Shown here: positions 53,561 through 60,869 of the stretch, one piece after another
Layout of the letters: every line of letters starts with the position of its first letter
Position numbering within the stretch: the stretch's first letter is position 1
Virus record (IMG/VR): IMGVR_UViG_3300045988_116240
Strand: one strand, 5' to 3'
DNA from: a virus
Length of the DNA stretch: 64,000 nucleotides
The notes under the pieces: model-generated
Told to the model about the DNA's origin: nothing
What the model saw: the letters and a program-made list of their open reading frames with translations, nothing else
The model's database searches: none
Program-made: the position numbers and the translations under genes

Positions 53561-54718
53561 CTATGATGAATGAATTGATGCCTCTATCGCCTTGAATATC
53601 TCAAATGCTACTTGTGGGACGATGGCGTTTCCGTAGGCTTTTATCGACTCTTGTCTCCATTTTGTGAAAGGAATGGCAAGGTAGTCCACATCAAAGGGTA
53701 ACCCATCATCTCTTCCACAAACAGGGGGTTGAGTTGGGAAGTCTTTCCACCGTTCTGCTGACAATGCCGGCCTATCATTACTGGTATATTGCATAAGGCA
53801 TCGTCTCTTCTTTTCCCGTTCTTCCGAACTAACCCTGTCGGTGATACCGATGGTTGATAGTCTCTCATTGTCGGAGTCGGCAAAAGCATTGATACAGCAA
53901 GATCGTTCAACTCCATTGTCCAGCCTTGCGATATTTTCCTCCTCGATCTCCCGTCCGTTATTTTTGAGCCATTTTTGTAGCTTCTCGCCGTAGGTGTCGG
54001 TAGCATCTTTTTGTAGGCCGCCTCCGGTAATCCCTGTTGTTTGCTGTTCGGTCCCCTTCGCTTGAAATCTTGGGCCGTCGGTGTCGGAAGCAACGAGACA
54101 TCCATGAACCTTGTCTTTCCGTTCTTGTCGCAAACCTTCAATCCTTGCGTCTGAACGGTCGGAAGCAATGAACCATACCCTGTCCCTCCTGTGAGGGGCT
54201 CCGACACCGCAAGCTGGAATAAGAATCGGCTGGACGGAATATCCCTCACGCTCAAGATCTCGGCAGACGGTCTCGATAACGTATTCTTGCTCGAGTAGCG
54301 TTTCCTTGTCAGACGTTTCAAACAAAGAGGCTTGACTTTCCACCGTAACCTCACTGCCGGGTTGTACCATCGATAGGATTCCAGCAACGTTCTCACCAAT
54401 GACCCAAGTGGGTCGTATCTCTCGTATAGCACGGAGCATTTCTGGCCAGAGGTAACGGTCATCCTCCTGTCCTTTTCGTTGTCCTGCGACTGAAAACGGC
54501 TGACAGGGGAATCCTCCTGTGAGTACGTCAACCTTCCCTCTCCACGGAGTGAAATCAGTTCTTGTAATATCGTCATATTGAATGCTTTTTGGGAAATGAA
54601 ACCTCAGTACCTTTTGGCACCACTCGTTAATCTCGCAATGGAACAGGTTCTCCCATCCCATCCATTCGGCGGCAAGGTCAAAACCGCCCACGCCAGAAAA
54701 TAATGATCCATGTGTCAT
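53561..54718 (-). CDS. DNA (cytosine-5)-methyltransferase (frame A)
   Basis: Motif I LFSGVGGFD, IV GGFPCQPFS, VI GENV, VIII APHRRDRVWF, X YGNAIVPQV (53609-53632). Confidence 0.85.
   Translation of the reverse strand: MTHGSLFSGVGGFDLAAEWMGWENLFHCEINEWCQKVLRFHFPKSIQYDDITRTDFTPWRGKVDVLTGGFPCQPFSVAGQRKGQEDDRYLWPEMLRAIREIRPTWVIGENVAGILSMVQPGSEVTVESQASLFETSDKETLLEQEYVIETVCRDLEREGYSVQPILIPACGVGAPHRRDRVWFIASDRSDARIEGLRQERKDKVHGCLVASDTDGPRFQAKGTEQQTTGITGGGLQKDATDTYGEKLQKWLKNNGREIEEENIARLDNGVERSCCINAFADSDNERLSTIGITDRVSSEEREKKRRCLMQYTSNDRPALSAERWKDFPTQPPVCGRDDGLPFDVDYLAIPFTKWRQESIKAYGNAIVPQVAFEIFKAIEASIHSS
53641..54576 (-). CDS. nested +1-frame ORF (frame B, 311 codons) with LPTPT repeats and a motif-IX-like MMGYPLMWT
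   Basis: Fully inside the methyltransferase gene. Three LPTPT repeats lie at 54067-54093, 53980-54006 and 53860-53886, and LNPLFVEEMMGYPLMWT at 53683-53733. See findings. Confidence 0.45.
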   Translation of the reverse strand: MTILQELISLRGEGRLTYSQEDSPVSRFQSQDNEKDRRMTVTSGQKCSVLYERYDPLGSLVRTLLESYRWYNPAVRLRWKVKPLCLKRLTRKRYSSKNTLSRPSAEILSVRDIPSSRFLFQLAVSEPLTGGTGYGSLLPTVQTQGLKVCDKNGKTRFMDVSLLPTPTAQDFKRRGPNSKQQGLPEAAYKKMLPTPTARSYKNGSKITDGRSRRKISQGWTMELNDLAVSMLLPTPTMRDYQPSVSPTGLVRKNGKRRDDALCNIPVMIGRHCQQNGGKTSQLNPLFVEEMMGYPLMWTTLPFLSQNGDKSR

Positions 54719-54957
54719 ATCTCCTTGGTTTTAGCGAATACCACGCTTTCATGATCCGGTCTCAGATGGGCCATGCAAGCAGATGAGTATTCGCAGAATC
54801 TCGCTCCCTCGTCCCGAAAGACGCATCCCCTGCACGGGATCTTGTTCTGCCCGTTGTAGTAAGGCCTGTACTTTTCCACGACAATTTTCATGTCTCCTAC
54901 CAACACGATCAAACCGGTAGGGGTGTTCTTCAGTCTGTTTATTATTTCCATTTTCAC
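54715..54957 (-). CDS. small Cys-rich hypothetical protein
   Basis: 80 aa with CRGCVFRDEGARFCEYSSAC. An ATGA overlap couples it to the methyltransferase gene. Confidence 0.45.
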   Translation of the reverse strand: MKMEIINRLKNTPTGLIVLVGDMKIVVEKYRPYYNGQNKIPCRGCVFRDEGARFCEYSSACMAHLRPDHESVVFAKTKEI

Positions 54958-55433
54958 TTGTTTAAGTATTCAAACAGGCAAAAGTCTAAAAGCTGTTTGT
55001 CCCAGTTTATCCCATTGCCAGAATATGTCTTCTTGATTATAGTCTTATACTCATCGGCCTTTAATCCGGAATCCAAGCACGATATGTAGTCATTTACCTT
55101 ATCTATCGTGAAACTGTTTACCTTGATAATCTTGGCCTTACCCCGTGGTTGCTGCTTGACCGAAACCGTGAGGACGTTCCCCACGCAATACTTTATCGGA
55201 TCGTGCAACCTCAATGCGGTGAAATACGTGCCGTTCAACTTGTTATTCGAGTTAACGGCGAAATCTATGTTCTGATCCATGATTCTTATGTGTTTTCCGG
55301 TCTGTTGCTTGCAAGCGAAGCAATAGACCGCTACGTTACTAGTCTTCCTGTATAAGGTCATCACCTGATAGGGATGGCCGCAAGGACAGATATAGGCGTA
55401 TCTGCCCGGATAGAGAGTTACGGTCTTAATCAT
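54954..55433 (-). CDS. hypothetical protein with N-terminal zinc-ribbon-like CxC...CxxC
   Basis: 159 aa with CPCGH...CFACKQ. Confidence 0.5.
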   Translation of the reverse strand: MIKTVTLYPGRYAYICPCGHPYQVMTLYRKTSNVAVYCFACKQQTGKHIRIMDQNIDFAVNSNNKLNGTYFTALRLHDPIKYCVGNVLTVSVKQQPRGKAKIIKVNSFTIDKVNDYISCLDSGLKADEYKTIIKKTYSGNGINWDKQLLDFCLFEYLNK

Positions 55434-56223
55434 TGTTTTTTAATCTGGAGATCAAAAATCTTCCGGGATGATCGATCTTGTATTTCCCCTCCCGGCTATC
55501 CCGTATCCTTTGCAATAGTTTCCACACGGGATTTCCTATCTCTCCATAGTTCGATAACTCGCAAATAGTATTGAACTCATCAGGAGATAGCTTGAAATTG
55601 GTGAGTTCCCGTGTCAAAGCCTCATAATTCCTTTTCACGCCGTCCGAAGGCGGCGGGTCATTCCTAGAAAGATTAAAAAAACTTCCTCCTCCGCTTCCCC
55701 CCGTGGGGGATAGAGGGGGTATTTCTTTACTTTCCTTTTCTTTACTATACTTTACTTTACTTTGTCCTTGAATGTTGACATTTTCGTTGTTAATGCATAC
55801 ATTTTTGCCATTAATGTATACATTCTTGAAATCGGATACGTCTATAAGCAAAAAATCAGGATTAACGTCTATTCTCTTACGCCGTTTTGCCGCCTCAAAA
55901 TATCGTCTCTGGATACCGGAAGAGGTAAGTATACCGAACGAGTCAAAGCACCCCTTGTCAAAGAAACACCGTCTGACCAACCCGTTTACAACTTCCTTTA
56001 CAAATCCCGGGACAAATTCAGCACCCGCCTTCTTTGAAAAAAGCAAACACTCGTCTTCACCCCATTTATAAAAATATCCTTCCTTGTATATTTTACAAAG
56101 CAACTTTACGGCAAGGATTGAGCCTTTTATCCCAAATTCAGCCTCTATGAGTTCTATCTTATCATCTTCGAAAAAATCCACATTCATAGGAAAGTAGTCA
56201 AGTCCCATTATTTGAATACCCAT
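55426..56223 (-). CDS. DUF4373 (Lin1244/Lin1753-like) replication-associated protein
   Basis: LDYFPMNVDFFEDDKIELIEAEFGIKGSILAVKLLCKIYKEGYF is a typical DUF4373 N-terminal domain. Confidence 0.6.
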   Translation of the reverse strand: MGIQIMGLDYFPMNVDFFEDDKIELIEAEFGIKGSILAVKLLCKIYKEGYFYKWGEDECLLFSKKAGAEFVPGFVKEVVNGLVRRCFFDKGCFDSFGILTSSGIQRRYFEAAKRRKRIDVNPDFLLIDVSDFKNVYINGKNVCINNENVNIQGQSKVKYSKEKESKEIPPLSPTGGSGGGSFFNLSRNDPPPSDGVKRNYEALTRELTNFKLSPDEFNTICELSNYGEIGNPVWKLLQRIRDSREGKYKIDHPGRFLISRLKNND

Positions 56224-56773
56224 GTTCTATTCTCCATTTGATGAATTCTTCAACTGTTTTATCTTTTTTCTGTCTATTGCAGCGTCTGCAAGATGTAATC
56301 AAATTTGACATATCATCTGGCCCTCCTTTAGAAAATGGTATTATGTGATCAATCTCTAATATTCCTCCAATTTTACCACAATACTGACAAGTGTAGCTAT
56401 CTCGTTCAAAAACCAAATGTGCAATTCTATGCCATTCTTTTATATTGATTTCGTGCATCCTTTTGCGAGAAAATTCCATCCATTTATTTAAAATGTCAGA
56501 GTAGAATCTTTTATTATCATCAGTGAATTTAAATAGATCAAAATCCTCTATAACCGATTTTATTAATGTGGGGTCTTCGTGGAAATCAAATGCTAGTATA
56601 TCGTAATCTTTGATACTGGTATGATGTGGATCCTCTCTAAGACGTTCTAAGATCATAAGAAATATTCCATATCCAGTAGCTTTATATTTGTCTCGTAAGA
56701 GCGTCAACTTATCCGAGTTTCTAGCATTACTGTCATGAGGGAAAAATATTTTCTTTTCTTTCCTTATATCCAT
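56198..56773 (-). CDS. DUF4373-like N-terminal domain fused to an HNH endonuclease
   Basis: FFPHDSNARNSDKLTLLRDKYKATGYGIFLMILERL is followed by CQYCGKIGGILEIDHIIPFSKGGPDDMSNLITSCRRCNRQK. Confidence 0.7.
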   Translation of the reverse strand: MDIRKEKKIFFPHDSNARNSDKLTLLRDKYKATGYGIFLMILERLREDPHHTSIKDYDILAFDFHEDPTLIKSVIEDFDLFKFTDDNKRFYSDILNKWMEFSRKRMHEINIKEWHRIAHLVFERDSYTCQYCGKIGGILEIDHIIPFSKGGPDDMSNLITSCRRCNRQKKDKTVEEFIKWRIEHGYSNNGT

Positions 56774-56812
56774 ACGCTAATCCTCCATAAGCATGTTTTT
56801 TATATCATGTAA

Positions 56813-56971
56813 TCATAATTTTCTTTTGAATGCATCGCAAAACCTAAGACTATTAGCGACTCTTCCGGTATTTAGCACTATGCACCATACAGCTAGTCCC
56901 TTGTGAGGCTTACCGTTCACGCAATCGGCGCATCTGATACGCTCGGGTTGCTTGGTAGGTTTCTTCGCCAT
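56813..56971 (-). CDS. small Cys-containing hypothetical protein (52 aa)
   Basis: Hand-found ORF MAKKPTKQPERIRCADCVNGKPHKGLAVWCIVLNTGRVANSLRFCDAFKRKL. Confidence 0.3.
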   Translation of the reverse strand: MAKKPTKQPERIRCADCVNGKPHKGLAVWCIVLNTGRVANSLRFCDAFKRKL

Positions 56972-56972
56972 T

Positions 56973-57389
56973 TCAATCCTTTATGCCTTTCTGATCCCTC
57001 AAATCCTTTATTCGTTTCTTGTAATCTTCGATCATCAATTGGTAATCGAATGCCGAGAGTTTGGAGATAGAGTGCTTTTTCACCTCAAGCTCGTTAATTA
57101 CTTTTACGCCATACTTATTTATCAAGCCCTTGGCATAACCGATGTTGTTGCCCTCGTCGAAACGGTTGCAAGACCTGCATTGAGCGTTGCAGTTTCTCTC
57201 GCTGTATCTGGTACCCATATGTGACCGGTTGACGAAATGTCCGCAATCTGCCTCTTTCCAATGCACGATCTTCCCACAGCTTATACAACGGCAATAACCG
57301 TTGCCGTCAGCGTCCCTTATTCTTATAAATACGGAGAATATACGGTCTAGTCTGCTCTTTAAAGAGGTTATGTTCTTTACTTTTCCCAT
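56973..57389 (-). CDS. NinG/Rap-family recombination endonuclease
   Basis: FSVFIRIRDADGNGYCRCISCGK...ADCGHFVNRSHMGTRYSERNCNAQCRSCNRF matches the lambda NinG pattern. Confidence 0.7.
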   Translation of the reverse strand: MGKVKNITSLKSRLDRIFSVFIRIRDADGNGYCRCISCGKIVHWKEADCGHFVNRSHMGTRYSERNCNAQCRSCNRFDEGNNIGYAKGLINKYGVKVINELEVKKHSISKLSAFDYQLMIEDYKKRIKDLRDQKGIKD

Positions 57390-57511
57390 GGATGTTTTCT
57401 TTTTTCGTTTATTAATAAGAATCCTGCCAAGATCACTGCTATAAGTCCGAGTATTGCGGTGATAAGGTACATGGCCATTGTCAAGTGATCTAAATTCTGT
57501 ATTGTTTCCAT
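57377..57511 (-). CDS. small single-pass membrane protein
   Basis: Trimmed to METIQNLDHLTMAMYLITAILGLIAVILAGFLLINEKRKHPWEK. The longer track ORF would run through the tRNA-like gene. Confidence 0.4.
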   Translation of the reverse strand: METIQNLDHLTMAMYLITAILGLIAVILAGFLLINEKRKHPWEK

Positions 57512-57529
57512 AATTAGATTTGTTATTTG

Positions 57530-57730
57530 TGATGGTAGCGGGACTCGAACCCGCATGAGTGGAGTTTTCTCAGGACTCTCACCTGATAGTTTTGTTATTG
57601 GCACGTTGCGGTGACATTCGGCCTTACCCGTTATACTTCCTTTGGCTAGTTCAGTTTATTTTACGATAACCTTCATTCAACCACTCTATAAGAAATTAAC
57701 TTTAGCGTCTACCAATTCCGCCATACCACC
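57530..57730 (-). tRNA. class-II-like tRNA gene interrupted by a ~125-nt insert (intron-like or giant variable arm)
   Basis: The 5' part GGTGGTATGGCGGAATTGGTAGACGC is a Leu-type acceptor plus D-arm. The 3' part is GCGGGTTCGAGTCCCGC-TACCATC-A. The acceptor halves are complementary (one G-U). The insert is closed by GAGTGG/CCACTC. Confidence 0.5.
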
Positions 57731-57821
57731 GTGTTTGCCCCGCATATCCTCACGGACGGCGGGGATAATCATTCTAACCCAAATCTAATACCATGAAAAA
57801 CACACTCTAATATTAATATCC

Positions 57822-58634
57822 TTAGTTCTGAATCTTTATTAAATCGGGTATCGCTCCATAAATGGGGGTACGACCATCCCATTTGTCGATAAACTGCTTA
57901 TAAAGAATTTCTTTAGTCAATCCTCTCGAGGTGATTAACGCTTGTTCCGTTTTCAATTGCTCCAACTCGTTGCGTTTCCGTTGCTCCGCTATCTGCTGGT
58001 CTAAAACCGAAATATTGGTGTTAACTTCATTCCTACTATCAATTTTCTCGCGAACCGCCTTAGAAAACTCTAATTGCGCCGAGAATGTGAGTAATTGAAG
58101 ACCTCTTTTCTCGAATTCCTTATCTACAATCTGCTCAAGGCGTTTCTCAAAAAGAAGCGAACCTCCGTCTGCCATTAAGCTATCGGTCTTATGTTTACGG
58201 CTTTCCTCCTTGATCAGGTCATAGATGCGAGGTTCTAGTATATTATCCTCCAATGATTGCATGAAACCGTCTTTGCCTGATTCCGTATCAGCCTTGTCTA
58301 TATGTTTGTTATCGAAAACAACGTCTATTGCCCTGTTTTTGATGACCTTGTAGGAGTAAGTGGGGCGTGCGTTAAACTCCGTATTGTCTGCGGCTTTTAA
58401 CGTGACAGGGCTTCCGAACTCGCCTCGTTGGTCGAATAGCGGGACTTGAAATAATTCCGTGCCCCATTCCCAAGTTGAAACCTTGCCCGATACGACCTTG
58501 AAATCCTCCTTCCCTTGTTTCCCATAATTTTCCATCAATACCCCGGCGTAATTAGGTGCTACACGTTCACAAGAGGATAAAAATACCATAGCGATTATCG
58601 CTATAGTAAAAAACTTAAAACTTGTCCTTTTCAT
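57822..58634 (-). CDS. SPFH/band-7-like lipoprotein
   Basis: Lipoprotein signal MKRTSFKFFTIAIIAMVFLSSC, followed by a prohibitin-like beta/alpha region and a coiled coil. Confidence 0.5.
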   Translation of the reverse strand: MKRTSFKFFTIAIIAMVFLSSCERVAPNYAGVLMENYGKQGKEDFKVVSGKVSTWEWGTELFQVPLFDQRGEFGSPVTLKAADNTEFNARPTYSYKVIKNRAIDVVFDNKHIDKADTESGKDGFMQSLEDNILEPRIYDLIKEESRKHKTDSLMADGGSLLFEKRLEQIVDKEFEKRGLQLLTFSAQLEFSKAVREKIDSRNEVNTNISVLDQQIAEQRKRNELEQLKTEQALITSRGLTKEILYKQFIDKWDGRTPIYGAIPDLIKIQN

Positions 58635-58794
58635 TCTTGATAAAATTAAATAGTTTGTAAATTATAAATAATGAACTAGTTAACATAATGACTATTCCTA
58701 GCCATGCGTCAACATGGTTAAAAACTCTGTTCCCTACCGGAATAAAGGCTATGGCCAATATCAATATCCAGTGTTTGTTGATAAATTTCTTCAT
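58615..58794 (-). CDS. small two-TM membrane protein
   Basis: Trimmed to MKKFINKHWILILAIAFIPV..., immediately upstream of the SPFH gene. Confidence 0.4.
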   Translation of the reverse strand: MKKFINKHWILILAIAFIPVGNRVFNHVDAWLGIVIMLTSSLFIIYKLFNFIKNEKDKF

Positions 58795-58808
58795 GATCTT
58801 TTTATTTA

Positions 58809-59534
58809 TTAAACCTCCAACTCCTCGATTAATAGCTGTCCACATCCCATGAACCATACTTGGGAAGCTGGCGATTTCTGGAGCAAGGCGATCTCTATCG
58901 CGGCCTCCTTGAACTTGCTCTTGTCATGCCCGGCCTTTTGCCGGATGAAGGATTGCGTCCTAGTTATAAGATCCCCGTCCCCTTCCTTGGGATCACGGGT
59001 TATGATATCCTTGCACTCTCTCATCTTATCCTCTATTGATTTAGAGGTGTCAGACAATGATTTCTCTATCTCTTTTTTATCAATGTCAACAACTCTCTTA
59101 TTGACATCCGCGTTGAACGGGAATACGTCCATGATCATTGTCTCCGAGACAGAGGCGATGGTGTAATCCGCCATTGTCCCCTTCATGCCTTCTTCTAGCA
59201 CGGCTATGGCCTCTTTTAGATTAGAGGCTTGGGCTAACATGGTAGCGGCGGTTTTCTTTTCCGCTCCGCTCTTCTCGTCCAGCGTGATAAAATAAACCTT
59301 GATCTTATAGAACCGATCACCATTCTCGTTGAAGAATAATTCGGATAAACGAGCTCGTTTGATGTCTGTTACCGTGAATTCACCCGTGATGAAGGGGCGG
59401 ATCTCCTCGGTGATGCGAGCTTCCGCCTCCGTAAAAGACAGGGCGTCTACCAAGTAAGGCTCGGTTACTTTTTTCTGCGTGCCATTTTCCAGCATTTTCT
59501 CGTAAGAGACCTTGCACTCAAACCAATTTGTCAT
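58809..59534 (-). CDS. DUF4494-like protein
   Basis: MTNWFECKVSYEKMLENGTQKKVTEPYLVDALSFTEAEARI resembles the DUF4494 N-terminus common in Bacteroidota. Confidence 0.5.
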   Translation of the reverse strand: MTNWFECKVSYEKMLENGTQKKVTEPYLVDALSFTEAEARITEEIRPFITGEFTVTDIKRARLSELFFNENGDRFYKIKVYFITLDEKSGAEKKTAATMLAQASNLKEAIAVLEEGMKGTMADYTIASVSETMIMDVFPFNADVNKRVVDIDKKEIEKSLSDTSKSIEDKMRECKDIITRDPKEGDGDLITRTQSFIRQKAGHDKSKFKEAAIEIALLQKSPASQVWFMGCGQLLIEELEV

Positions 59535-59540
59535 AACTTA

Positions 59541-59768
59541 TTAATAATTAATACCATATTTCTTTCTTTCGTATTGTGGTACATACCCCTTGCAAGGGGT
59601 GTTCCCTTCAAATAGGGCCGAAGCCCTTACAGTTTCCCCATCTTTTTTAGACGGGTCTTTCCAATGCTTTTGCCGTTGATGACAGAGGCAATGCTTTTTA
59701 GAGCAAGCCTCATTGAGGCATAATATCAGTTCTTTCATTATTCTTGTATTGTGGGTCTGGAATCTCAA
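59541..59768 (-). CDS. small Cys/His-rich hypothetical protein
   Basis: 75-aa ORF. The start is uncertain (internal MKELILCLNEACSKKHCLCH). Confidence 0.35.
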   Translation of the reverse strand: MRFQTHNTRIMKELILCLNEACSKKHCLCHQRQKHWKDPSKKDGETVRASALFEGNTPCKGYVPQYERKKYGINY

Positions 59769-60138
59769 TACCTATATAATTAAGCGACCATTCCCTGATT
59801 ACCTGTAAATATGTGGCGAAAGTCTTCCTGTCCATTTCCTTGGTGGAGTCAGGGATGTCTATGATCTCTCCGGAATGGTAATTCACGTATCTATCAGAAA
59901 ACGTCCTCTTGCAAAACTCGTGGACTTCTTGGGTAGTCGTATAAGCGTAGCCTATATCTTTGAGTCCCTCGAGCAGGAGAGGGTAGACCACTCCCCACAG
60001 ATACCTGTTTTGCTCGCCGGATCTTAGATCTCCGACGGGATATATCGTCACTTGGTAAGTACCGGGTGGATATCCGGCCAGCTCACAAAGGAACTCCGTC
60101 AAATCCGTGTCCGTCCCAGTCTTCTCTATCTTGACCAT
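59710..60138 (-). CDS. hypothetical protein
   Basis: 142-aa ORF. Confidence 0.5.
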   Translation of the reverse strand: MVKIEKTGTDTDLTEFLCELAGYPPGTYQVTIYPVGDLRSGEQNRYLWGVVYPLLLEGLKDIGYAYTTTQEVHEFCKRTFSDRYVNYHSGEIIDIPDSTKEMDRKTFATYLQVIREWSLNYIGIEIPDPQYKNNERTDIMPQ

Positions 60139-60869
60139 GGCCGTGTAAGGTTTATGTCCAAGCCCGGCGTTGCCACGAAAGTCGGTCGTTGGGTAGCCTC
60201 GCTTACTTTCTCCTTGAATAAGACCTCGTCACTATTGTCATCGGACAAATGGAGCAGGATTATGTTGTCAACCCCCGAGAGGTCGTTAGCCTCCAAGGTT
60301 GTCACGCATGTTCCTAGCTCCATATGGGATAGCAATGTCCGGTCTCGTCTGGACTTGTTTATCCTCCCTTCCGTTACGTTCCTGTCTAGGATAGACCTGT
60401 CGTAATTGCACTCGATCATGACGTGCCTGAGATTCGGGAACCGATAATAGAGCATGTACGTGTCCGTGGCGAACAGGATAGGCCCCGTATCCGGATGGTC
60501 TATGAGAAAACCCAGAGGCTCATTGGCATCATGGGCTATCTTGAAAGGGACTATGGAGAAGGCCCCGGCCATTACGGTAACGCCTTCCTCGATCATCAAT
60601 GGCAGGCGCTTGCTCGTAAAAGATAACGAGCTTATCGTGCCGGATGACGCCAAACAATCTACCCCGTAATCAAGGAACTCGTTCATCCTTCCGGCGTGAT
60701 CGCCGTGCTCATGCGATATCACGCATCCAACGACCTTCTCCAGATCGAAGAACGGGAGGCCGTTGATGTTCTTGAAAGGTACGCCGCATTCCAGTATCAG
60801 AATCTCCCTCTCATCATATAATAGGTAGCAGTTCCCCGAGGAGGAACTGCCCGCTACGTATAGTCTCAT
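60126..60869 (-). CDS. metallo-beta-lactamase-fold hydrolase/nuclease
   Basis: The VISHEHGDHAG HxHxDH motif, plus later His/Asp residues. Confidence 0.75.
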   Translation of the reverse strand: MRLYVAGSSSSGNCYLLYDEREILILECGVPFKNINGLPFFDLEKVVGCVISHEHGDHAGRMNEFLDYGVDCLASSGTISSLSFTSKRLPLMIEEGVTVMAGAFSIVPFKIAHDANEPLGFLIDHPDTGPILFATDTYMLYYRFPNLRHVMIECNYDRSILDRNVTEGRINKSRRDRTLLSHMELGTCVTTLEANDLSGVDNIILLHLSDDNSDEVLFKEKVSEATQRPTFVATPGLDINLTRPWSR

